64,000 nucleotides of DNA from a virus (Duplodnaviria > Heunggongvirae > Uroviricota > Caudoviricetes). The position numbers were made by a program, and so were the translations under genes. The notes below the pieces were generated by a model. It searched no databases. It was not told the DNA's origin and saw nothing but the letters and a program-made list of their open reading frames with translations. Shown here in pieces: positions 7,830 through 16,145 of the stretch; the first letter of the stretch is position 1; every line of letters starts with the position of its first letter. The stretch is from the IMG/VR virus record IMGVR_UViG_3300032665_000013, one strand, 5' to 3'.

Positions 7830-9628
7830 TAATTTAAATCTAATGAATTTCTTGGTGCTGCCGTTGGAGAAATAGTTACTCCACCACCGCTACCACCAGC
7901 ACTTGAATTGTTTGTTTTATTATTTATAATAGTATGACCGGCAGTAGCAAATTGCTTAGATGTTTTAGCATCCTTCCTTTTTTCATGTTCTCTATCCATG
8001 GTCACCAATTGTTTTGATTTTTCTTGTAATGGCGCATGTATTTTAGTGGCAGGATGAGTTTTAGGTGTAGCTATCATAGGACTTCGTTTAGTAGTTGGTG
8101 TAGCCGTGGGTGCGGGAGACGCATCCCCACCATCAAATAATTTATAAGCCCCATATCCCAAAGCCGCTGTACCAGCGACAGCAGCCGCTCCGGCTAATAC
8201 TTCTGGTGCAGCTAGAACAGCTCCAACGCCCGCTAGACCCTCTCCTATACCAGCTAGTAGGCCACCACCTTCTACTAACCCTCCTAACGCCTCTGCGCCC
8301 CCTACAGCGGCACCTGCCTCTCCACCTAATGCCTCAGCCCCAGCCGCTTCAGGAGCGGCATCTTTTAAGAGACTTCCACCTTTAGGAGATTTACCATTAC
8401 CAAATAAATTTTTAACTTTAGGACCAACTTTAGAAAGAACATGCTCTCCTACCTTTTCTTCAGCAACACCAGCAGCAACTTTAGTTGCATCATGTAGGAA
8501 ACTACCTTTATTCCCTTCACCTTCTTCATCTTTAGATTCTTCATCTTTAGATTCTCTGGTGAACAACTTTTTAAGTTTCTCTCCTACACTTGTCTTGCTT
8601 TTTTCTGATACTTGTTCTGCATCATGGCGCTCTTTATCCTCACGTTCATTAAGCTTTTCTACTTGCTCATGTTCTTGTTTTTCTTCTTCTTTTATTTTAC
8701 CTGTCATCATATATGAAAGAATATTCGATACGTTCTTATCTATCGACATTAATAATTTAGAAGAATCTAGATTCATAATTGGGAACGCATGTTCTCTTTT
8801 AATAGGTTCTTTATCTTTTTTGAACCAATTCATTACCTTTGCAATATCATCCATAATTGGCATGTGAACAGCCAATCGTTCATGAACGTGTCCTACATAT
8901 TTCTTGGCCGCATCGCCAGCCAGTCTCTTAACTTTATCACGATGGTTATTTACCTTATCGTGCTGGTCACCTAATTTTTTATTATGGTCATTAGCATGAT
9001 TATTTAAATGTTCGGTAATATCATTTTTAGAAAGTGGTATTCCATCTTTTCTATAAGAAAAGTCATTGGGAGACATCGGAGCAATACCCATCTTTTTAAG
9101 ACGAGTTTTTTCTGCATTTGTAAGATCCATTAACTTACCAAGAGACTCTCTCTCATTGATAGGTTTGCGCTTAATAAATGCATCTTTGATATTATCAAGA
9201 ACTTTACTTAGATTATCTAATACTTTACTAGATTTATCTAGATTAGCGTCAATATGATTCAAAGATTCTTTTAAATTATCACTTGATTTATCTAGATTAG
9301 CGTCAATATGATTCAAAGATTCTTTTAAATTATCACTTGATTTATCTAGATTAGCGTCAATATGATTCAAAGATTCTTTTAAATTATCACTTGATACCTT
9401 AGGAAGTCGAGGCTTATCACTTTCTTGTTTTTGTGCTTGGGGTTCTGGTTTCAGTAACTCAGCTGTTGATACATCTTCTTGTACTTCCGCAGTTTTAACT
9501 GTTGCAGAAACACGGTCAAGCATTTTAGCAGTAGCTATCGGAGCTTCTTTTTTCCCGGCAAACCATTTTCCATTCGATTCATCAAATGAATATTTTTCGC
9601 CATTGATGGTAATAGGTTCTTTAGCCAT
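7817..9628 (-). CDS. large repeat-containing virion protein (coiled-coil plus Gly/Ala-rich C-terminus); tape-measure/gp29-like candidate
   Basis: 603 aa. Three perfect 18-aa repeats SSDNLKESLNHIDANLDK, a Lys/Glu-rich helical segment, a GGxxGAxxGG glycine-zipper-like tail. Lies beside the baseplate module. Confidence 0.55.
   Translation of the reverse strand: MAKEPITINGEKYSFDESNGKWFAGKKEAPIATAKMLDRVSATVKTAEVQEDVSTAELLKPEPQAQKQESDKPRLPKVSSDNLKESLNHIDANLDKSSDNLKESLNHIDANLDKSSDNLKESLNHIDANLDKSSKVLDNLSKVLDNIKDAFIKRKPINERESLGKLMDLTNAEKTRLKKMGIAPMSPNDFSYRKDGIPLSKNDITEHLNNHANDHNKKLGDQHDKVNNHRDKVKRLAGDAAKKYVGHVHERLAVHMPIMDDIAKVMNWFKKDKEPIKREHAFPIMNLDSSKLLMSIDKNVSNILSYMMTGKIKEEEKQEHEQVEKLNEREDKERHDAEQVSEKSKTSVGEKLKKLFTRESKDEESKDEEGEGNKGSFLHDATKVAAGVAEEKVGEHVLSKVGPKVKNLFGNGKSPKGGSLLKDAAPEAAGAEALGGEAGAAVGGAEALGGLVEGGGLLAGIGEGLAGVGAVLAAPEVLAGAAAVAGTAALGYGAYKLFDGGDASPAPTATPTTKRSPMIATPKTHPATKIHAPLQEKSKQLVTMDREHEKRKDAKTSKQFATAGHTIINNKTNNSSAGGSGGGVTISPTAAPRNSLDLNYWSN
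9231..9392. repeat. three identical tandem 54-bp repeats inside CDS 7817..9628
   Basis: Unit gatttatctagattagcgtcaatatgattcaaagattcttttaaattatcactt repeated head-to-tail without mismatch, followed by a degenerate fourth copy. Confidence 0.8.
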
Positions 9629-9784
9629 CGTTATTCTCTAGTTCCTCTTTAAGCTTCTGTTGTATTAAACCCGAATAGATATCTCTTTCAAAAGGAAATA
9701 AATTTTCTATTTCTGGTATAGAGAAATTATGGCGCTGAGTCAAATTAAATATTAAATAGTAATAGTTTATTAACGAATTATGAC

Positions 9785-10474
9785 TCAGCCCCACGGAAAA
9801 AAATCAGCAATTCCTTCCAATTCAATAATTCTATCATTCTTTTTAGTATTGGTATACTTAATAGTATGGCGAAGTTTTGGCATTGTATCTACAAATTCAT
9901 CTAAAATCTTTTCATAATTTACTTTTCCAAAATTATTTATGAATTCCTGTTTTTCTTCTAAGCTATATGATGCAGCATCATATACTTTATCTCCTTCATA
10001 AATCGTTTCCAGACAGGATGCTATCATATCAATTTTAGTTTTTACCGATGTATCATTAATAGTAGGGTATCGGAATTGAATTTTAATATCATTTCCGATA
10101 TCTATTAATGTATGATGTTCTGGAAATATAGTGGGCTTAATAGAATCTATATCGACATCAAATGAATATATCTTATTATCCTCTTTATCTCTATATCGTA
10201 GGGTCACAACATCATTGACAGATTTGGCTCTAATTTGTAAAAATAGATACTCTACATCAAATATTGGTAGTTTATTGACATCTATAGAACTGTCACCAAG
10301 ACAATTTGTTAATACTTGTTTAACAGCATTCGCTGTATCTTTTGGATCATTGCTTTCTTGGGCTATAAGAAATATTTTTTCTTCTCTTACAGTAAAGGGT
10401 CTAAATTTTACTTTATCTTTTACACTGATCAAAGATGTCTCAAAAGTTGGAGCGGAAATAATTGGAAGAGTCAT
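9785..10474 (-). CDS. hypothetical virion-module protein
   Basis: 229 aa. Occupies the T4 gene 1 position but has no P-loop. Confidence 0.5.
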   Translation of the reverse strand: MTLPIISAPTFETSLISVKDKVKFRPFTVREEKIFLIAQESNDPKDTANAVKQVLTNCLGDSSIDVNKLPIFDVEYLFLQIRAKSVNDVVTLRYRDKEDNKIYSFDVDIDSIKPTIFPEHHTLIDIGNDIKIQFRYPTINDTSVKTKIDMIASCLETIYEGDKVYDAASYSLEEKQEFINNFGKVNYEKILDEFVDTMPKLRHTIKYTNTKKNDRIIELEGIADFFPWG

Positions 10475-10485
10475 TTAAAACCTCA

Positions 10486-11106
10486 TTATAGTATGGTAAT
10501 ACCAGTTGCTGGTAAATTTGTTATTTGGGAAGGCTGTTGTGATATCGATAGGTTATTTGTATTAAAATTAACAGGATTAGTTGTGGAGTAGTACGTATAC
10601 GCAAAAGAAGCTGGAACAAGCACCAAGCTGTCCGTTGCAGCCCATGAAAAATTAATAGGACCGACTGATACAGGGAATATATCTTTAAATGTGGTTGTCA
10701 TGATCGTTCCGCCATCTTGCCCAAATTGCGTAAGGGTTCCTTGCCCGATATAGCTATCGTGATAGTTTAAGAGCATAGCCCCTGATCCTGAATACGAGGG
10801 CATCACTAGATTTATCCAACTTTGTAAAAGTTCTAAAATATTTCCAGATGCATCACAATAAAACATAAGATCTAAGTTGGAAAAATTCGTACCTGTAGCA
10901 TATGGCATATCAATACCATATCCGAGACGTTTTGTAGAATTAGTTTCGATACGTCTATTTGGCTGTTGGGCAGATGTACATAATAGATTAATACTTTGGG
11001 CAGATCCTTTAACACTACTAGGAGGATTTAGCATCATTTCAAAATGGGCTTCTCGTGCCAAACTTTGATTTGTTTGAGATAAGAATGTTTGGATATTGAA
11101 TGACAT
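10486..11106 (-). CDS. gp3-like tail completion/sheath stabiliser (positional)
   Basis: 206 aa, directly downstream of the gp2-like gene as in the T4 order 3-2-4. No strong motif. Confidence 0.35.
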   Translation of the reverse strand: MSFNIQTFLSQTNQSLAREAHFEMMLNPPSSVKGSAQSINLLCTSAQQPNRRIETNSTKRLGYGIDMPYATGTNFSNLDLMFYCDASGNILELLQSWINLVMPSYSGSGAMLLNYHDSYIGQGTLTQFGQDGGTIMTTTFKDIFPVSVGPINFSWAATDSLVLVPASFAYTYYSTTNPVNFNTNNLSISQQPSQITNLPATGITIL

Positions 11107-11762
11107 TATTTCTTCCTTATGGGTTTAGCAGGTTTCTTTTGTTTCACGGATGACAACATAGCAGCAGAATCCTTCCAAACAGCAGCAGTAGTTGCTTTTT
11201 GGAATTTCTGAGTAGGTAACATCAATGCAATATCCCATTCTTTAGGCTCAATGTATAAAAATTGGGATCTCACATGATCGTATAAATACATTTTAAAACA
11301 TGGCTTGAATAATGAAAGATTAGATGCATTTTTTAAGGTTTGGTATGATATCATTAAACGAGTTGTATCATCATACTTTTTATTATTAGCTATCACATAC
11401 AAAGCATCCATTAGTTTAGCCCTTAGCACTGGTTGAAGATAGTGTAGGTTAATACCGTAGAATCCTCCGGGGAATGTTGCTACTGGAAATATAAGAGGGA
11501 ATGCATCCCAATACGGAAGCTCATCTTTATGTTTAGCATCATATGTGAACATATACATACGTCCCGGCATACATGTATTAGTGGCCAAAGCATTCCCAAA
11601 TAGGTTATCTCTATTAGAAATCAATCTAGCAGCCCTATAATTTAATGCCTTATTACGAAACCAATCTCTTGCCTCTTTAGATTTATTAGGAAGAATACCC
11701 AAATCAGCGGCTTTTTTAAGCATATTACTATAGATATATTTACTGGTGGTAGTTGAAACCAT
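11106..11762 (-). CDS. 2: gp2-like DNA end protector
   Basis: Motif GRMYMFTYDAKHKDELPYWDAFPLIF resembles the conserved gp2 core. Adjacent to gene 4. Confidence 0.5.
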   Translation of the reverse strand: MVSTTTSKYIYSNMLKKAADLGILPNKSKEARDWFRNKALNYRAARLISNRDNLFGNALATNTCMPGRMYMFTYDAKHKDELPYWDAFPLIFPVATFPGGFYGINLHYLQPVLRAKLMDALYVIANNKKYDDTTRLMISYQTLKNASNLSLFKPCFKMYLYDHVRSQFLYIEPKEWDIALMLPTQKFQKATTAAVWKDSAAMLSSVKQKKPAKPIRKK

Positions 11763-11788
11763 TTAAAATCATTCCTCGTTTTATATAT

Positions 11789-12226
11789 TTAGTTGATAAA
11801 CCCACTGTTCTTTTCTGTAGATATAACAAATATCCAGCCTCGTTCATCACAGAATTTTTTACATGCATTCCATTTCGCCTGATTGATCATATACGTAGAG
11901 GCTTCTTCTAGATATCTTTTAGTTTGACGTTTAGGTTTAACAGGAGGTTTGGTATACTTATCGGGTTTAATCTCCATTACAATTTTATCACCAGCTTTAT
12001 TTTCTAAGTAAATATCTGGAAAATATCTATGGCTTTTTTGGTCAATAGGATTAAAGTATACAATAGAAAATTCCTCTGATGCCCATTTTAAAACAGAAGG
12101 ATCTAAATCTAATCTACGGAATACTTGTAGTTCCCACCCAGAGCGATATATAATATTATTTGGATTGCCCATATATTTATCGGGATTCTCTGGGGTATAA
12201 CGGCCTTTATAGGTTTTATAGTTCAT
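11789..12226 (-). CDS. 4: gp4 head completion protein
   Basis: YRSGWELQVFRRLDLDPSVLKWASEEFSIVYFNP...RYFPDIY matches T4 gp4 YRSSWE...RWLD.NP.V..WASE...PYYNP...RYYPDFY. Confidence 0.85.
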   Translation of the reverse strand: MNYKTYKGRYTPENPDKYMGNPNNIIYRSGWELQVFRRLDLDPSVLKWASEEFSIVYFNPIDQKSHRYFPDIYLENKAGDKIVMEIKPDKYTKPPVKPKRQTKRYLEEASTYMINQAKWNACKKFCDERGWIFVISTEKNSGFIN

Positions 12227-12262
12227 TTAATTTATCTCACATAAATACTTTATCCAATATAA

Positions 12263-12270
12263 TATTTATA
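12263..12270 (-). promoter_or_regulatory. T4-type late promoter TATAAATA for gene 4
   Basis: Exact TATAAATA on the minus strand about 37 nt upstream of the gene 4 start. The divergent plus-strand side has CATAAATA at 12239-12246. Confidence 0.4.
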
Positions 12271-12279
12271 GGGAAAGCC

Positions 12280-13149
12280 ATGAGTTCAACCACTATTACT
12301 GACCCAAATGTAGTAAAACAATCTTACAAGCCATATACTGGCTCACAATCGCATGTATTTCCGCCTGAATTAGCAAAATCTGCTAATTTTTTATCTATGA
12401 ATATCAGATCATATCAAAATACTCCCGGAATAACTAGTGGAGGTTCTGCTCCTTCTGTATCAGGATATAATATTCACCTGCCTATACCATACGCAGGATT
12501 AGAAGATAATTTTCATATCGATTATGAAAATACTGCTAGAGATGTTTTAGGTGGTACAGCGGCTGCTGTTATGGCTGCGCTTCATAATAGAACAGTTGCA
12601 GGTGATCCCCATGCAGGATATATTTCTAGAGTAGAAGATGGTATAAAAAATAGTTATTATGGTGAATGGGAGGGTATATCTGCCTTTGTGGGATCAGAAC
12701 TTCACGGGGCTATTTTAAATAAAACTGGCACAATCGGGCAACAAGCTGTAGGACAAGCTGTTAATCCTAATATATCTGTCTTATTTAAAGGAATAGGTAT
12801 TAGAACTCATTCGTTCCGATGGAAATTGGTAGCCAAAAATTCTGCTGAATCTAATCAAATATACGGAATAATAAAACTTTTAAAAACGGCTGCTCTTCCA
12901 TCTAGAAACGCTGGTAGTAGTTTTACTATCCTAGATTATCCAGATGTTGCATTTTTATCTTTGAATGGCCCTCAGGGTAACGGATTAATTACATTTGCAG
13001 GTTTTGGTTGCTTTATCGAAGATATTCAGGTAAGCTATGGTGGATCTACGAGTCCTGCATTCTTTTTAAATTCTAATGCACCAGTAGAAGTAGACCTTAT
13101 GATATCATTTAGAGAACGTACTATTATAACATCGTCGGATATATCATAA
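12280..13149 (+). CDS. baseplate or tail-tube-associated protein (gp48/gp54-like candidate)
   Basis: 289 aa immediately upstream of gene 53. Start set at ATG 12280 with AGGGAAAG upstream (ORF track uses TTG 12160). Confidence 0.35.
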   Translation: MSSTTITDPNVVKQSYKPYTGSQSHVFPPELAKSANFLSMNIRSYQNTPGITSGGSAPSVSGYNIHLPIPYAGLEDNFHIDYENTARDVLGGTAAAVMAALHNRTVAGDPHAGYISRVEDGIKNSYYGEWEGISAFVGSELHGAILNKTGTIGQQAVGQAVNPNISVLFKGIGIRTHSFRWKLVAKNSAESNQIYGIIKLLKTAALPSRNAGSSFTILDYPDVAFLSLNGPQGNGLITFAGFGCFIEDIQVSYGGSTSPAFFLNSNAPVEVDLMISFRERTIITSSDIS

Positions 13150-13745
13150 TGACAACGCCTTCTTATTTCGGAAATTTTCCTAATACAGTTTATAATGGAA
13201 CAACTATTCCTAATATATTCATGCGAGTTAAATTTCTAGAAACGTTACGGCTGGCTTCATCTGTATATTATCCATATGTTATAGAAGAAGGAGAAACTGC
13301 TGATGGCATCGCATCTTGGTATTATGGTAGTCCCGTTTATGATTGGGTAATTTACCTAGCAAATAATATCATAGATCCTTATAGTCAATGGCCCAAAACA
13401 TCTGCTCAATTTTCAGATTATATTATTAAAACATATGGTAGTATACAAGCCGCTCAATCTGAAATATTATTCTATAGACGAGAGCCAGATATAGGATATC
13501 TATCTCCTGATGGTAGTCAATTTTCATCTTCTCCGCAACAGGGATATAATGTTGTGGTAAATAATACAGATTTAAGAATAACTCCATCATCATATGCTAC
13601 TATACAAGATCCGGCCAATTACTTTCCAGTATATGCGTATGATTATGAGAATGAACTTAACGAAAATAAACGTAATATATCACTCATAGATAAAAGTCTA
13701 TTACAACGAATTGTTTCTGAATTATCTGGATTACTAAATGCCTAA
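13149..13745 (+). CDS. 53: gp53 baseplate wedge protein
   Basis: ADGIASWYYGSPVYDWVIYLANNIIDPYSQW aligns with T4 gp53 ELANAIYGNPQLYWVLLMCNDNYDPYYGW. Same length class (198 vs 196 aa). Confidence 0.8.
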   Translation: MTTPSYFGNFPNTVYNGTTIPNIFMRVKFLETLRLASSVYYPYVIEEGETADGIASWYYGSPVYDWVIYLANNIIDPYSQWPKTSAQFSDYIIKTYGSIQAAQSEILFYRREPDIGYLSPDGSQFSSSPQQGYNVVVNNTDLRITPSSYATIQDPANYFPVYAYDYENELNENKRNISLIDKSLLQRIVSELSGLLNA

Positions 13746-15177
13746 CAATACATATAATCCCGGATCCTTATCCAAGATATCCCTAATCATCACCAACTTT
13801 GATGGATCTAAACAAATAGACATATCTTCTATATTCGTTAATCTCTCTATTACTGAAGATATTTTCAAGAATACATTATACGGATCGGTTATTATCAAAG
13901 ATGCAATCGGCCTTCTCGAAGGTGCGCCAAATAATCCAAATTTACAAGGCTTTCCTATAGTCGGAGAAGAATTCCTTTTGGTATCGTATACTCCGTTAAA
14001 TCAAGATACAGTTAATTTAAGATTTATGGTATATTCTGTTGACGATATCGTATACGGAAAATCCAATTTTAAAAAACAGTACACCCTTAATTTCTGTAGT
14101 GAAGAACATCTGATCGATTCTACTACAGTGGTAATGAAAAGCTATACTGGCATTAATTCAGATAATGTTCAAAATCTATGTAAGGATTTCTTACAAATAG
14201 ATAAGGTAGATATACCATATAAAGGACATGCAATTAAGAAATTCGATAAGATACAGCCGACCAGAGGCAACCAGAATGTTGTCATTCCTAGATTGCCGCC
14301 AATTCAAGCCGCACATTTTCTTGCCAGACGTTCTATTGCGGCAGATGCAGCGATGAATACAGGTACATACCTATTCTTTGAAAACTTTAAAGGATTTAAT
14401 TTTTGTGATTTGGAATATCTTATCACCCAAGGAATAACAAAATTTAATTCATTTGGTAAATATACTTCTCAGACAGATTATCATCCTATGGTATACAGAT
14501 TCGAAGATCCTATTGTGGTTGGCTCTACCTCTAAACAACCACAACTAAGAGAAATGAATGCCATTCAAGCAATGCATCAAAAACATTATTTTGATACTAT
14601 TGAAAAATTAAAAAGAGGACTAATAGAATCCGATACAGTCCTATTCGATTATACCAAAGGAACTTATTCTCCTACCAGATATAGATATATAACTACTCTT
14701 GACAAAACCAATACCAATCAGGTTGGATTGGGTAATGAGACAGGAAACTCTTTTCCTACCAATAGTAATTCTTTTATGACATTTGCTACATCTAATAGCG
14801 ATAATGTCGTTAAATATAGTAAATTTTTCATGATACCTAAAGATACAAGCCAACCAGACACATTTCTAGATACGATTTATCCTAACAGGGCATCATATTT
14901 TACAGGAATGGCCCAGAATATGTTTACTCTAGATACTTATGGGAATACCAAAGTAAATGCAGGTGATGTCATTTATGCCACCATTCCGTCTAGTGTAGAT
15001 AATTCTCCTAATAAATTTATTAGTGGCTATTATCTTGTTTGTACTATTCGACATATCATAAGTCAAACATATTATCATATGAAAATGGATATCTATAAGA
15101 ATGCTGTTGACACAAAACTACCAACAATGGATTTACCTAAATCAAATACCACATCTAACACAGGAAATTCTAAATGA
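13738..15177 (+). CDS. 27: gp27 baseplate hub protein
   Basis: N-terminal LYG segment and C-terminal YYLVCTIRHIISQTYYHMKM (T4 gp27 [22 protein letters not shown]). Directly precedes gene 5 as in T4. Confidence 0.7.
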   Translation: MPNNTYNPGSLSKISLIITNFDGSKQIDISSIFVNLSITEDIFKNTLYGSVIIKDAIGLLEGAPNNPNLQGFPIVGEEFLLVSYTPLNQDTVNLRFMVYSVDDIVYGKSNFKKQYTLNFCSEEHLIDSTTVVMKSYTGINSDNVQNLCKDFLQIDKVDIPYKGHAIKKFDKIQPTRGNQNVVIPRLPPIQAAHFLARRSIAADAAMNTGTYLFFENFKGFNFCDLEYLITQGITKFNSFGKYTSQTDYHPMVYRFEDPIVVGSTSKQPQLREMNAIQAMHQKHYFDTIEKLKRGLIESDTVLFDYTKGTYSPTRYRYITTLDKTNTNQVGLGNETGNSFPTNSNSFMTFATSNSDNVVKYSKFFMIPKDTSQPDTFLDTIYPNRASYFTGMAQNMFTLDTYGNTKVNAGDVIYATIPSSVDNSPNKFISGYYLVCTIRHIISQTYYHMKMDIYKNAVDTKLPTMDLPKSNTTSNTGNSK

Positions 15178-16145
15178 TTAGTGACCTTCAACATATTATG
15201 GGAGTAGATCATACTATATGGTATGTCGGAGTTGTAGAAAATAGAGATGATCCATTAATGTTAGGTAGATGTCAAGTTAGAATAATTGGTGTACACCCTG
15301 ATGATAAAACATTAGTTCCTACCACAGATCTTCCATGGGCTATGCCAATTCTTCCTGTTAATGGATCACCGGCTTTTGCTGGCATGGGGCATTCTCCTGT
15401 AGGACCAGTTATTGGTACAACAGTTTTTGGTATATTTGCTGATGGTATAGAGCGCCAGCTTCCATATATGCTAGGAACGATTGCAGGCGGTGTAGGACAC
15501 CTTGACGCAGGTTCTAGTGCATCACTAGGGGATACGTTATCAGGCTTCGTAGCGGGCTTTATTCCCACAGCTGCATCAACTGGCATGATATCCCGTGGAG
15601 CATTCTATGCTAAATTTCTATTACAGAATTTAAATAATGCAGGATTTAAAATAAAAGATTTTCATGCAGCGGCAATAATGGGAAATATTGCTGGCGAATC
15701 TGGTGTTCAAGCCGTGGTAGAAGGACATTTTGGGCATCCATCTGGCCCTCCTCCTATCAACAGTCATAATGTCGGATACGGATTTGCACAATGGACCAAT
15801 AGTAGATTGGTTAATTATCTCAATTATTGTAGCCAACATAATAAGAACCCTCAGAGCGAGGATGCTAATATGAGTTTTCTCATATATGAACTTACAGGAT
15901 CATTTAAAGGTATGTTAAATGCGTTAGCATCTGGCGGTACGCATAGTGCAGCTGGAAATCCTAACGGACCACATAATGTGGATAATATCATAGGGGCAAC
16001 GTCCTATGTCCTAGGACAGTTTGAACGTCCTGCCTATAGATGTTTAGCCACTACAACACCTCGTCGCATAAATTATGCACAATTGATATGGGCTGGCATG
16101 AAAGGTACTGGCCAGCCAGTTAGTGGAACAGGAACCTATTCATGA
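15174..16145 (+). CDS. 5: gp5 N-terminal part: OB-fold plus tail-associated lysozyme domain
   Basis: WYVGVVENRDDPLMLGRCQVRIIGVHPDDK...TDLPWAMP matches the gp5 OB domain. GYGFAQWTNSRLVNYLNYC is the phage tail lysozyme signature. Confidence 0.75.
   Translation: MISDLQHIMGVDHTIWYVGVVENRDDPLMLGRCQVRIIGVHPDDKTLVPTTDLPWAMPILPVNGSPAFAGMGHSPVGPVIGTTVFGIFADGIERQLPYMLGTIAGGVGHLDAGSSASLGDTLSGFVAGFIPTAASTGMISRGAFYAKFLLQNLNNAGFKIKDFHAAAIMGNIAGESGVQAVVEGHFGHPSGPPPINSHNVGYGFAQWTNSRLVNYLNYCSQHNKNPQSEDANMSFLIYELTGSFKGMLNALASGGTHSAAGNPNGPHNVDNIIGATSYVLGQFERPAYRCLATTTPRRINYAQLIWAGMKGTGQPVSGTGTYS

Noticed and set aside
8110-9257. Several plus-strand ORFs (8110..8385, 8559..8867, 8789..8974, 9066..9257)
   Set aside because: All are antisense within the 603-aa minus-strand gene. 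Low-complexity translations (LQRPLDPLLYQL...) are typical of antisense reading of the repeat region.
9231-9392. CRISPR-like array (regularly spaced repeats)
   Set aside because: The repeats are directly tandem with no spacers, in-frame inside a CDS, and encode an 18-aa peptide repeat. It is not a CRISPR.
9785-10474. dNMP kinase (T4 gene 1) because of position upstream of 3-2-4
   Set aside because: No P-loop (GxxxxGK[ST]) or kinase motifs anywhere in the 229-aa product.
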